Origin: Planctomycetota bacterium
Lineage (GTDB): Bacteria; Planctomycetota; Phycisphaerae; UBA1845
Direction of reading: 5' to 3'
Length of the DNA: 64,000 nt
NCBI GenBank assembly: GCA_043803085.1
Contig: JAZDKM010000001.1
Coordinates: 269 to 64,268, forward strand
This document shows, one piece after another, positions 1 through 9,894 of this stretch. The notes beneath the pieces were generated by a model that worked only from the letters and a program-made list of their open reading frames with translations, had not been told where the DNA came from and ran no database searches. The position numbers and the translations under genes were made by a program. Within the stretch, counting starts at the first letter, position 1. The number at the start of each line of letters is the position of its first letter.

Positions 1-188
1 CTGGCGACGCACCGCAGAGACCGCCCCTGACGCTGGATACGACCGTCCAGATTGGAGAGCCTCGATCGTCGAACGATCGGCCTGATCCGGGTGCAACGCA
101 CTCGGAGTGATCCCGTCGTCGCTTTGTAAACCCTGAACCGTGCACACTCGCCTTCCCGGCCTGGGCCGGGGAGGCCCGGAGAAAGACC

Positions 189-380
189 GTGATCTTGACC
201 CTGACTCAACTCCAACCTGAAGACGTTCGCTACTTGTTCTGTTCCGACGCGCGGCTCAAGCGGGAACTCGCCCGGAGTCGGCACCAGCGTCGCCATCCGT
301 TCAAAGCCGTCATGCCCACCTGTCGCTACGTCGGGCCGGAAGAGACCGTCCTCGTACCCCGACCCCGGCCGGCCGCCTGA
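189..380 (+). CDS. small hypothetical protein (63 codons, GTG start); weakly supported
   Basis: Open frame with GGAG about 9 nt upstream of the GTG. Third-position GC is about 75% by hand count. No recognisable motif. Confidence 0.25.
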   Translation: MILTLTQLQPEDVRYLFCSDARLKRELARSRHQRRHPFKAVMPTCRYVGPEETVLVPRPRPAA

Positions 381-677
381 GCCTGTGGGTGTTCTGCTTG
401 TCTTCCGAAGCCCCCCAAACGCGGCACGGCGTGCGGCGTAGACCCGGAAGTCGGAAGAGGGTTACCCGGCCGGTCCCATCCGAAGAATCGTCCCGCTGCA
501 CGTCCGAGGTCCCTACCGACGTAGGGGCTTCCCCAATACGGTAGGGGTAGGGCGGCCCCCGTGCTTGGTTCGATCTGGCTTTTTCCCTTGGACCATGGCG
601 GTTGAGCCGCTACACTGGCGTTGCGGTCGGAATCGGCGCCGGTCGAGCCCGCCCAGCCTTTCTGAGGAGGAATCGCT

Positions 678-3600
678 ATGTCGCACAAGTACCATTGGGC
701 TCCACTTGCGGGGATCCTGCTGACGATGGCTGGGCCGTCGGTAGTTTTGGCCAATTCAGCCCCGGCGGTCAGCAACGTTACCGCCAGCCAGCGGACCGAC
801 GAGTCCAAGATCGTGGACATCTACTACGACTTGGCGGACGCCGACGGCGACGCCTGCACGGTCACGGTGCTCGCCAGCAACGATGGCGGCGCGACGTGGA
901 CGGTGCCGATCACGGCAGTGACCGGTCACCTCGGTAGCGGTATCACGCCGGGGGTGAATCGGCACATCCTCTGGGACTGCGCCGTAGACCTGCCCGGCGC
1001 GTCCGGCAGCCAGTACAGCGTGCGGGTGTGCGCGGATGATGGGCACACGCCCATTCCGCCTGGCATGGTACTCATCCCCGCCGGCGAGTTTCAGATGGGC
1101 GACGCCTTCACCGAAGGCGACCCCAAGGAACGACCCGTGCACGCGGTCTACGTAGACGCCTTCTTCATGGACACGCACGAGACGACTAACCAGCAATATG
1201 CCGCCGGCCTGAACTGGGCCCGGGCCCAAGAAGGGCTGATCATGGTCTCCGGCGGCGCGGTCTACAAGTACGGCGAAACCAGGTACGGGTACTGCGACAC
1301 GACGACCAGCTCGTCGAACAGCCGAATCACCTGGAACGGGAGCACGTTCGGCGTGGTGGCAGGCAAAGAAAACCACCCGATGGTAGAAGTGAGTTGGTTC
1401 GGCGTGGTCGCCTACGCAAACTGGCGCAGCGAGATGGAGGGCAAGCCGCTGTGCTACGACCTGTCCACCTGGACTTGCAACTTCGGAAGCGGATACCGGC
1501 TGCCCACCGAGGCGGAGTGGGAGAAGGCGGCGCGGGGTGGTACGCCGGGGCATAGATTCCCATGGTCGGACCAGGACACGATCCAGCACACTCGGGCGAG
1601 CTACTGCAGTTCGTCCGGTTACGCGTACGACACGAGTCCGACGCGGGACTATCACCCGCTATGGGGTGTGTCACCTTACCCCTATACAAACCCTGTGGGC
1701 TTCTTCACGGGGGCACTCCAGTACAAGGAGGATTGGGGATGGCCCGGCACGCCGACGAGCTATCAGACAGCGAACGGGGCGAACGCGTACGGCCTCTACG
1801 ACACGGCGGGCAACGTGTGGGAGTGGTGCAATGACTGGTACAGCTCGACGTACTACAGCAGCAGCCCGTACGACAACCCGCACGGTCCGACGTCGGGAAG
1901 CTCCCGTGTTCTGCGCGGCGGCGGTTGGCGCAGCCTCGCCTTCCGCTGCCGGTGTGCGGGCCGCGCCACCACCCACGCGCGCAGGCGCCGGGCTGCCACG
2001 CTGGGGTTCCGGTTGGCCCTGGACTCAGGCGGGCGAGAGGTCGGATGCGGCGCCTCGGGAACATTTGTGATCGACAACCACGAATGCCTAGGTGACGCGG
2101 ATTGTGACGACGGCGTAGCGTGCACGGACGATACCTGCGTCAGCGGGACCTGCGTGTTTGCGCCCAACGATGCGAACTGCCCGGATGACGGGTTGTTCTG
2201 CAACGGGACGGAAAGATGTGATCCGGCGGCCGATTGCATTCACGGTGGCAACCCGTGCACCTCCGGCGAGTTCTGCAACGAGCTCACGGATAGCTGTGAA
2301 GAGTGCGAGCTCACCGGCGGCATCGGTGATGACTGCAACTCGAACGGCGTGCTCGATGCGTGCGACATCACCGGCGGCCCGAGCGAGGACTGCGACGGCG
2401 ACTGGGTGCCGGACGAATGCGAGCCGGATACGGACGGCGATGGGGTCATTGATGATTGCGATGCCGATGACGACAACGACGAGGTTCCCGACGAAGGCGA
2501 TAACTGCCCCAGGGCCCCGAATCCCATGGTCGTGTCGACCGGGCCGCCGCCCTCCTGCGCTCCCGATCCAGGGTATCTATGGCAGCCCGACTCGGACTGC
2601 GACGGGCACGGGAATGGGTGCGATATTTGCCCCGGCTTTGACGATGACATCGATACGGACGATGACGGCGTCCCGGACGGCTGCGACAACTGTCCGAACG
2701 TCCACAACCCCGGCCAGGGCGACTTCGATCAGGACGGCGTCGGCGACGCCTGCGAGGACGACGCCGACGGCGACGGCGTGACGGACACCGAGGATAACTG
2801 CCCCGGCGTCTACAACCCCGCCCAACAGGATACGGACGAGGATGGAGCAGGCGATGCCTGCGACATCTGCCCCGGCCAGGACGACAACGAGCACAGCGAC
2901 TCCGACGGCCTGCCCGACGGCTGCGACAACTGCCCCACCGTCGACAACCCCGGTCAAGCGAACCTGGACGAGGACGCCTTCGGTGATGCGTGCGACGATG
3001 ATATCGATGGAGACGGCACGCTGAACGGAGTGGACAACTGCCCGTTGATACCCAACGGCCCGAACATCGGAACCTGCATGGCCGGAAAGAGCGGGGCGTG
3101 TGTCGTCAACGAGGACTGCGACACGACCCCCGGGAGCATGGACGGCCTATGTAGCCTGAATCAGGAGGACTGGGACGCCGACGCTGTGGGCGATGTATGC
3201 GATGCCTGCCCCCATGGCCACAACGGACTCGACGGCGACTCCGATGGTATCCCCGACGGCTGCGACAATTGCCTCGAGGTCTACAACCCCAACCAGGCCG
3301 ATCAGGACGACGACGGCCTCGGGGACGCCTGTGATGAGGATTCCGACGGTGACGGCGTCGAGGACACGATCGACAATTGCCGCTGGGTCCCCAACGGTCC
3401 GGCCCTGGGAACATGCGTGGCTGGCCGTGACGGAACGTGTCTCGCTGATGCAGATTGCGACACGGCCCCTGGGAGCATGAACGGCCTGTGCAGCCTGAAT
3501 CAAGAGGACTCTGACGACGACGGCAATGGTGACGCCTGCGACATTTGTCCCGATGGTACCGACGCGGACAACGATTCCGACGGCGTCCCGGACGGCTGCG

Positions 3601-6170
3601 ACAACTGCCCGGAAGAGTACAATCCGAGTCAAGCCAACCTTGACGGAGACGGGATAGGCGATGCTTGCGACGAGGACGTCGACGGTGATGGCATCCTCGA
3701 AGACGGAGACACCAACGGTATAGCCGGCGACCATCCCTGTTCAGGCGGCGCTGGCACCGACTGCGACGATAACTGCCCGCGGGTCCCCAATCCAAGCCAG
3801 GCCGACGCCGACGCCGATGGCGTCGGGGACGCGTGCGATTTGTGCCCCGGCTTCGACAACTCTGTCGATCCCGATGGCGACGGGGTGCCAGGAGCGGGTG
3901 CCCCGCCGAACGGCTGCGACAACTGCCCGAACGACTACAACCCGACCCAGGCGGATCAGGACCACGACGGTACCGGCGATGCCTGCGACGGCGACTTCGA
4001 CGGCGATGGGGTCGCCAACGGCCTGGACAACTGCCCGTGGGTTTTCAATGCGGGCCAGCAGGATGGCGACTACGATGGCAAGGGCGACGCTTGTGACGTC
4101 TGCCCCGGTTTCGATGACTACGCCGACCCGGACGGCGATGGTGTGCCGGGCATGGACACCTCGACGAACGGGTGCGACAACTGTCCGTACGTGTACAATC
4201 CGGGCCAGGCCGACCGCGACCACGACGGTGTCGGCGACGCCTGCGAGGATGACACGGACGGCGATGGCATCCTGAACCACATCGATAACTGCCCGTGGCA
4301 CCACAACCCCTTGCAGGAGGACTCAGACGGCGACGCCGTGGGCGACGTGTGCGACATTTGCGGCGGATTCAACGATCACGTCGACGGCGACGGTGATGGG
4401 GTTCCCCTCGGCTGCGACAATTGTCCCGACATCTACAATCCAGGTCAGGCGGATCGCGACAGCGACGGCGTAGGCGACGCGTGCGACACCGACCTCGACG
4501 GGGACGGGATACCTGACGCCATCGACAATTGCCCCAGCATCTACAACCCCAGTCAGGCGGACTACGACTTCGATGGCGTGGGAAACGTGTGTGACGTCTG
4601 CCCGGGATACGACGACGACGTGAACGGCGACGGCGACGGGGTCCCCTATGATTGTGACAATTGCCCGAACGACTACAACGCAAACCAGGCGGATGTCGAC
4701 GCCGATGGGCAGGGTGATGCCTGCGACCCCGACGCCGACGGCGACGGTTGGAACAACCAAATCGATAACTGCCCGTTCAATCCCAATCCCGGGCAGGCCG
4801 ACGACGACAATGACGGTGTCGGAGACGTGTGCGATGTCTGCCCGGGATACGATGACCATCTCGACGTCGGCGATGGCGACGGCGTCCCTGACGGCTGTGA
4901 TAATTGTCCTGATGTTGTCAACCCGGACCAGGCGAACCAGGACAACGATGCGGCCGGCGATGCCTGCGATCCAGACGCCGACGGCGACGGGGTGCCCGAG
5001 GCGCCCGACAACTGCCCGCTGACCATCAATCCGGCGCACACGGTGCCCACTGACTGCAACGGCGACGACGATACGAGCGATCCCGGAGAGCAGGTCGGCG
5101 AGCAGTGCGACCAGGACGGTGATGGGGTAGGCGATGCGTGCGACAATTGTCCTCTATTGCCCAACCCGGGACAAGAGGACGGCGAGGGCGACGGCGTGGG
5201 TGATGCGTGCGATCTCTGCCCAGAGGAGAATGCCACCGGCTTTGATGCCAATCACGACGGCTGCATCGACGACTTGGCGAAGATCGATATCCACCCGGGG
5301 ACTTGCCCGAACCCGCTGAACCGCAACAGCCATGGAGTCCTGCCCGTCGCTCTGGTTGCAGGTCCGGCGCTCGACTTGACGCAGGTCGACCGGGCCAGCC
5401 TGCGGCTTTCCCGCGCCGATGGAGTGGGCGGCAGCGTGGCGCCGCACGAAGGCCCGCCCGGCCCCCATAGCGTGTGGGAAGACGTGGCCACACCGTTCAC
5501 TGGGGAGCCCTGTGACTGCAACGATCTGGGCGGCGATGGACTCGTGGATTGGCTCATGCACTTCGGGACGGACGAATTGGTGGAGGCTCTCCAGCTTGGT
5601 GACCTGCCAGGCCACACGGAGCTTGAGTTGGTGTTCTCGGGAATCTCTTCGAACGGCAGCGAGTTCGCGGCCACTGACTGCGTAGTGCTTCTCCCGGGCA
5701 ATTCCCCGCCGTCCAGCTTGTTTGTGAGCTCAACCGCGCCGGGCGCCTGGTTTGACGTGGATCCACCCGATCCTCGTGAGGACGAGGGAGGCTTCACCAG
5801 CCCGGGCTTTGCCCGCGCGCATGCTTCGGGCTCTCTAGTGACCTTGACGGCGAGTACGGGTTTCCAGGGGCGTGCGTTTATCGCCTGGCGGATGGACTAC
5901 GAAAAGCAGCTCCCCGGCGATCCGGTCCTGACGGTGCTCATCTCCGGCACCAACGGAGCCCAGGCCGTGTACTCCGAGCCGGGAGATTTTGATTTCGACG
6001 AGGATACCGATCTGGATGACTACCGTATTTTTGAGAGCTGCCTCCATGCGTCCGGACCCGGGGAGGCGCCGCCTACCCAGGGGTGCCTCAACTCGTTCGA
6101 TTTTGACAACGATCTCGACGTTGACATGATGGACTTCGGCGGTTTCCAGGAAGCGTTCAACGGCTCGTAA
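678..6170 (+). CDS. giant secreted protein (1830 aa): signal peptide, FGE-sulfatase (SUMF1-type) domain, Cys-rich linker, about 20 thrombospondin type-3 Ca-binding repeats, C-terminal dockerin-like EF-hand pair
   Basis: GAGGAGG RBS before the ATG at 678. Hydrophobic N-terminus AGILLTMAGPSVVLA. FGE-sulfatase motifs GYRLPTEAEWEKAARGG and RVLRGGGWRS. 20 units of the type DxDxDGxxDxCDNCPxxxNPxQxDxDxDGxGDACD. C-terminus GDFDFDEDTDLDDY...DFDNDLDVDMMDF. Confidence 0.9.
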   Translation: MSHKYHWAPLAGILLTMAGPSVVLANSAPAVSNVTASQRTDESKIVDIYYDLADADGDACTVTVLASNDGGATWTVPITAVTGHLGSGITPGVNRHILWDCAVDLPGASGSQYSVRVCADDGHTPIPPGMVLIPAGEFQMGDAFTEGDPKERPVHAVYVDAFFMDTHETTNQQYAAGLNWARAQEGLIMVSGGAVYKYGETRYGYCDTTTSSSNSRITWNGSTFGVVAGKENHPMVEVSWFGVVAYANWRSEMEGKPLCYDLSTWTCNFGSGYRLPTEAEWEKAARGGTPGHRFPWSDQDTIQHTRASYCSSSGYAYDTSPTRDYHPLWGVSPYPYTNPVGFFTGALQYKEDWGWPGTPTSYQTANGANAYGLYDTAGNVWEWCNDWYSSTYYSSSPYDNPHGPTSGSSRVLRGGGWRSLAFRCRCAGRATTHARRRRAATLGFRLALDSGGREVGCGASGTFVIDNHECLGDADCDDGVACTDDTCVSGTCVFAPNDANCPDDGLFCNGTERCDPAADCIHGGNPCTSGEFCNELTDSCEECELTGGIGDDCNSNGVLDACDITGGPSEDCDGDWVPDECEPDTDGDGVIDDCDADDDNDEVPDEGDNCPRAPNPMVVSTGPPPSCAPDPGYLWQPDSDCDGHGNGCDICPGFDDDIDTDDDGVPDGCDNCPNVHNPGQGDFDQDGVGDACEDDADGDGVTDTEDNCPGVYNPAQQDTDEDGAGDACDICPGQDDNEHSDSDGLPDGCDNCPTVDNPGQANLDEDAFGDACDDDIDGDGTLNGVDNCPLIPNGPNIGTCMAGKSGACVVNEDCDTTPGSMDGLCSLNQEDWDADAVGDVCDACPHGHNGLDGDSDGIPDGCDNCLEVYNPNQADQDDDGLGDACDEDSDGDGVEDTIDNCRWVPNGPALGTCVAGRDGTCLADADCDTAPGSMNGLCSLNQEDSDDDGNGDACDICPDGTDADNDSDGVPDGCDNCPEEYNPSQANLDGDGIGDACDEDVDGDGILEDGDTNGIAGDHPCSGGAGTDCDDNCPRVPNPSQADADADGVGDACDLCPGFDNSVDPDGDGVPGAGAPPNGCDNCPNDYNPTQADQDHDGTGDACDGDFDGDGVANGLDNCPWVFNAGQQDGDYDGKGDACDVCPGFDDYADPDGDGVPGMDTSTNGCDNCPYVYNPGQADRDHDGVGDACEDDTDGDGILNHIDNCPWHHNPLQEDSDGDAVGDVCDICGGFNDHVDGDGDGVPLGCDNCPDIYNPGQADRDSDGVGDACDTDLDGDGIPDAIDNCPSIYNPSQADYDFDGVGNVCDVCPGYDDDVNGDGDGVPYDCDNCPNDYNANQADVDADGQGDACDPDADGDGWNNQIDNCPFNPNPGQADDDNDGVGDVCDVCPGYDDHLDVGDGDGVPDGCDNCPDVVNPDQANQDNDAAGDACDPDADGDGVPEAPDNCPLTINPAHTVPTDCNGDDDTSDPGEQVGEQCDQDGDGVGDACDNCPLLPNPGQEDGEGDGVGDACDLCPEENATGFDANHDGCIDDLAKIDIHPGTCPNPLNRNSHGVLPVALVAGPALDLTQVDRASLRLSRADGVGGSVAPHEGPPGPHSVWEDVATPFTGEPCDCNDLGGDGLVDWLMHFGTDELVEALQLGDLPGHTELELVFSGISSNGSEFAATDCVVLLPGNSPPSSLFVSSTAPGAWFDVDPPDPREDEGGFTSPGFARAHASGSLVTLTASTGFQGRAFIAWRMDYEKQLPGDPVLTVLISGTNGAQAVYSEPGDFDFDEDTDLDDYRIFESCLHASGPGEAPPTQGCLNSFDFDNDLDVDMMDFGGFQEAFNGS
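2420..5230 (+). repeat. in-frame tandem TSP3 coding repeats (two-unit super-repeat of about 60-65 aa)
   Basis: The DNA string gacggctgcgacaactgccc and its variants recur. The DNC(P/L/R) motif occurs 20 times in the translation. Confidence 0.85.
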
Positions 6171-6204
6171 TACTGATGCCGCCGCGCACGCCGTCTTTTA
6201 CGGT

Positions 6205-7371
6205 ATGCGGGTGACGCTCGAGGGCGAGCCCTGCCCGCACGAACGGCTCGTCGCGGAGCAGTTCGTGGACCACCCCGAACTCGGCTGCCACGTCGAGATC
6301 CGCGAGTCCGACGATTGGGGCGAATGGCATCGCGTCGCGCGCCGCGGTCATGCCTACAGCGACAACGTCCTGATCAATTTCCATGGCCAGACCACCAGCT
6401 TCGACTACCATCCGGTGAGCGAGCACCACCTGTCCTACCTGATCGACCTGACCGGCGAGCCCACCGGCATCCGCCTGATGCTCCCCGCCCGGACGCGACT
6501 CGTCGAGAACGAGGCGTTCGAGCTCCTCAAACAGGCGTTGGAGCTGGAGGCCTTTCGATACCTCCAGCGTCGTGGCCACCATCGGCTGCCCTACAAAGAG
6601 TATCTGCGGGCCCGCGAGCTCGGCATCGAATCGCCGGAGGCCAAGCCGACGTTCTCGGTCGGTCTGCTGAGCGGCAGCGAATCCCCTGAGCCGGTTGAAG
6701 TAGTCATGCCTGAAGGCTTTCCGCTGGCCGAGTGCTACCGCTTGGACCCGGATTACCCGGAGGGCCACGAGACCGACGAGGCCAATGTCCACCTGCTGGC
6801 CGCGTTGGGGCAGTTCGAGAAGCCGTTCGTCCCGGTGGATATCCGCAGCAGTTACGACGGCTACAGTTGGGCCAAGCTGCCGCTCATCCAGAAGGTGGAG
6901 GTCGCCGTGGGCAAGGAACTCCATCAGGAATGGCTCTGGGGCGGCACGCTGACTTGCGTGGAGACGATTACCGTTACCGCACACGCGACGGATGGGCGCG
7001 TCTTCTCGTCGCCCGTGTGCCTGGCCAGAGCTCCGGAGCCGCCTCGCAACGCGGCGGCCTGGGCGACGGATCATGTCTTCGTCACGCCGGCGGCCCAGCA
7101 GGGCCTGCGTCCTTCGGAGATCTGGTATCACCTCGGCGGCTGGAGCGATGAGGGGGACACCTATGACACCCAACAGCGGGAGTTCGAGGAGCAGCTTGAT
7201 CATTTCTGGATGCGACTGGTCGGGCCGGACGAGCAGCTCCGCCGGAGTATTCTCTCTGCGGTCGAAGGCCTCCAGCCTACCTGCAGAAGTGTGACCATCT
7301 CGTCCGGCGGTACGGTCACGCTCCGCTTCACCGACGGCTCGGAACGGACGTTGCGGGCACCAGCCCCATAG
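6205..7371 (+). CDS. hypothetical protein, 388 aa, no motif I can name
   Basis: The plus-frame translation has balanced, protein-like composition. The overlapping 448-aa minus ORF is Arg-rich shadow. The gene starts 35 nt after the stop of the upstream gene. Confidence 0.6.
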   Translation: MRVTLEGEPCPHERLVAEQFVDHPELGCHVEIRESDDWGEWHRVARRGHAYSDNVLINFHGQTTSFDYHPVSEHHLSYLIDLTGEPTGIRLMLPARTRLVENEAFELLKQALELEAFRYLQRRGHHRLPYKEYLRARELGIESPEAKPTFSVGLLSGSESPEPVEVVMPEGFPLAECYRLDPDYPEGHETDEANVHLLAALGQFEKPFVPVDIRSSYDGYSWAKLPLIQKVEVAVGKELHQEWLWGGTLTCVETITVTAHATDGRVFSSPVCLARAPEPPRNAAAWATDHVFVTPAAQQGLRPSEIWYHLGGWSDEGDTYDTQQREFEEQLDHFWMRLVGPDEQLRRSILSAVEGLQPTCRSVTISSGGTVTLRFTDGSERTLRAPAP

Positions 7372-7465
7372 TGAAGTCGCCGTCCCCCGGTCGTAGCCGA
7401 CACGCACGAGAGAACCAAACGTCGGCACCTTGCTCGGACCCCGACGGTGGCCGTCGTCTCGCCTA

Positions 7466-7507
7466 GTGACCCACGGGGCCGTGCCGAACGGCCCGGTGGT
7501 CACTTTT
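7466..7507 (+). terminator. putative intrinsic terminator after the 388-aa gene
   Basis: GC-rich imperfect hairpin gtgacccacggggccg / cggcccggtggtcac (about 14 bp with bulges, 7-nt loop) followed by TTTT at 7504-7507. Confidence 0.35.
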
Positions 7508-7556
7508 GTCTGGGCGGCCAGCGTACACCTTGAATCCGAACCTACCGAGGATCATT

Positions 7557-7898
7557 ATGAACATTACATGCTCTCATGCCGAACGCCCGGCCGGGTCGTT
7601 AGGCCGAGACAAGCTCCCGCGGACACAGCTCTATGCCACCGTCATCGGCCTCGGCGGCGTGGGCCGCCAGGTTGCCCTGCAACTTGCGGCGCTTGGTGTG
7701 CCGCGGCTGCTGCTCATCGACTCCCGGACCGTCGGCCGCACCACGTATGCCGTCCAAGGCTACGCACGGGAGGACCTTGGTCGGCCGCGGGTTCATGCCG
7801 TTAGCCCGCGCGTACAAGTACCTCATCGAGCAGTTTGCCGACGAAGCGGTCACACCAAACCTAACGCCTTGAACGCGGCGGCTTTGGGCTCTCCGTAG
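7557..7898 (+). pseudogene. truncated ThiF/E1-like adenylyltransferase (N-terminal Rossmann part only)
   Basis: GAGGA RBS before the ATG at 7557. The VIGLGGVGRQVALQLAALGVPRLLLIDSRTV...DLGRPRV motif is typical of the ThiF/MoeB/E1 nucleotide-binding fold. Similarity is lost by about 7800. The frame runs into the 3' end of brxL, so at most about 95 of the 250 or more expected residues remain. Confidence 0.55.
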
Positions 7899-9892
7899 AA
7901 CACCGGGTCAACATGCTCGACGATGTCGGCGCTGACTTCAAGGAAATCCCGCTTGTTCTCGATTGGAATCAATGCCCGCTTCGCCCCGTTGTCCATCGCG
8001 ATCCGCAACGGTTCGCGAAGGGACCGCACCGGCTTGATGTTGCCTTGGATGCTCATGTCGCCGAGGATCAGGGTAGCCGGAGTGGATGGACTCCTCCGCA
8101 GCGCCGAGAAAGCTGCCACGAAAAACGCCACACCCAGGTCGGCGTCAACCCGGTTGTTCAGCAGGTCAATGACCTCCACGTAGAAATCGGCCCCATCGAC
8201 CTCCCGCCCCAGGCCAAAATTAACCTTGTGGGCACACAGGTACCCAAACGCCCGATTGATCGACTCCTTCATCGAACCACTGACCCCGCCCGCCATCCTC
8301 AGTTTCCCGGTTCCGGAGGAGACGCCGACTTCGAGGCGATACAGGCCAACGGTTCCGTCGCCGCTCACGGCAGCGCTGTAGACGGAGCCCGGAGCCAGCG
8401 GGTCGGTCGAGATCATGTCCCGCCCACCCTGCTCGGGGACGCCCACGAAAACCTCCTCGCCGGAATCCGCGCGCTGGTAGCTGAACGACGTATGGTAGTA
8501 CTCAAACGATCCCATCTTCTTGAGCTGCTCTTTGACCCGGCGCCGGCCTTCGATGGCCAGCTCCAGAATCTCCCGCAGCTCCTCGACGGACGCCTCACCG
8601 TGGGGGTAGACGATCTTCATGAGCCCGGACACAGTCTTGCGGACTGCCTTCCGGTCGCGAGCGTTGAGATGAGCGCCAAGTGAGAAATGGTGGTCGATGA
8701 TCTCCGTGAAGTTGTGCTTCCGAAGCGAGCGGAGAGCCTCGGCCAGATAGTCGACCACAAAGCCGTAGTGGTCGGTGAACAGGTCGTTGTGCATCTTCGG
8801 CACTTCCCACCCCGGCAGGTAGAAGTGGATGCGGTCGATGAACGCCATGTCATCGCGGATCACGTCCGGCATCGGCGCGAAAAGGTGCCCTGTCTGTATC
8901 ATGACATCGACAGGCTGGTTCGTGTTGCCAAAGAAGGCAATGCTCGCCTCGCCACTGTCTGCTTCCTTCCCGCGCTGGAACATGCCCGATTCGCAGTACG
9001 TCTTGAGCGTCGTGATCACTTCTTTGGGCATCTTTTGCAGGTCGGCAACCTCGTCAAATGCGACCACGTCCCAGATCGACACCATCCCCTTGTGGCGGCC
9101 CAGTATGTGGCCGAATAGGTTGGGTACCGTGGTTGGACCTGTGAGCAGCGCCCCGTAGGGTGACAGCTCCTGCACGGCGTAGGTCTTACCCGTCCCGCGC
9201 GGTCCCAACTCCACGATGTTGTAGTTCCGCTCCGTCAGCGGGATCAGACGCACCAGGAAGAGCAGCTTAAGCCGTCGATCCATCGCCGTGGGCTCATAGC
9301 CCATGCTGCGGACAAGCAGGTCCACCCATTCTTCGCTCGTGAGGGCCGCTCGATTCCGCCGGTACTCGTCGAGGTCAAACGCGGCGATCTGAATGGGCGC
9401 GAGCTTGTCGATCCAAAACGGGTGCTTGCCGCTGCTCTCCTCGTCGTACTCGAAGCGCACTTCGATTTGCGCCCAGATTCCGGCCATCAGCAACCGCTCG
9501 AACTCGCGGACGTAGTGGCTCTGAATATGAAGGTAGCGGTTGCCGAAGTTGACCGCTTCAGCCCAGTAGTCCGAATCGTCCAGGCGGACCTTGACCTTGT
9601 CGATGAACGTATAGCGCCCTTCCTCCTTGACCTTGCTCTGGGCCTTGGTCGCTTCATCCGCGCGAATGTAGTTCTTGGCCAGCGTGTCGTTCACGACCTT
9701 GAGTCCCATCTGGATGGCGGCTTCGTCGGAGGATGCGCAGTACTTGCCAAGCAGGAACTCCAGAACAAACGCGGGCACGTTCGCGCCGACCTTCACCTTG
9801 CGAACGAGGTCTTTGCGGACAACCTTGCCTGAGAAAACCTGGTTGACCTTATCGTCCAGTGCGTCCCGCGCGGGGGCTTGCGTTTCGGCCAT
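7850..9892 (-). CDS. brxL: BREX Lon-like protease BrxL
   Basis: N-terminus VFSGKVVRKDLVRKVKVGANVPAFVLEFLLGKYC, P-loop region LGPRGTGKTY and Lon-protease-like C-terminal half. It is the last gene of the canonical BREX-1 order. The ATG at 9892 is preferred over the TTG at 9898 used in the ORF track. Confidence 0.93.
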   Translation of the reverse strand: MAETQAPARDALDDKVNQVFSGKVVRKDLVRKVKVGANVPAFVLEFLLGKYCASSDEAAIQMGLKVVNDTLAKNYIRADEATKAQSKVKEEGRYTFIDKVKVRLDDSDYWAEAVNFGNRYLHIQSHYVREFERLLMAGIWAQIEVRFEYDEESSGKHPFWIDKLAPIQIAAFDLDEYRRNRAALTSEEWVDLLVRSMGYEPTAMDRRLKLLFLVRLIPLTERNYNIVELGPRGTGKTYAVQELSPYGALLTGPTTVPNLFGHILGRHKGMVSIWDVVAFDEVADLQKMPKEVITTLKTYCESGMFQRGKEADSGEASIAFFGNTNQPVDVMIQTGHLFAPMPDVIRDDMAFIDRIHFYLPGWEVPKMHNDLFTDHYGFVVDYLAEALRSLRKHNFTEIIDHHFSLGAHLNARDRKAVRKTVSGLMKIVYPHGEASVEELREILELAIEGRRRVKEQLKKMGSFEYYHTSFSYQRADSGEEVFVGVPEQGGRDMISTDPLAPGSVYSAAVSGDGTVGLYRLEVGVSSGTGKLRMAGGVSGSMKESINRAFGYLCAHKVNFGLGREVDGADFYVEVIDLLNNRVDADLGVAFFVAAFSALRRSPSTPATLILGDMSIQGNIKPVRSLREPLRIAMDNGAKRALIPIENKRDFLEVSADIVEHVDPVFYGEPKAAAFKALGLV

Positions 9893-9894
9893 GG

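Noticed and set aside
2420-5230. Strong DNA periodicity that could be mistaken for a CRISPR-like or satellite array
   Set aside because: The periodicity is fully explained by in-frame TSP3 protein repeats. There are no spacer-like unique segments of constant length.
6157-7503. 448-aa minus-strand ORF overlapping the 388-aa plus-strand ORF
   Set aside because: The translation is dominated by Arg, Gly, Ala and Pro with no motifs, typical of an antisense shadow frame in GC-rich DNA. The plus-strand frame has balanced composition.
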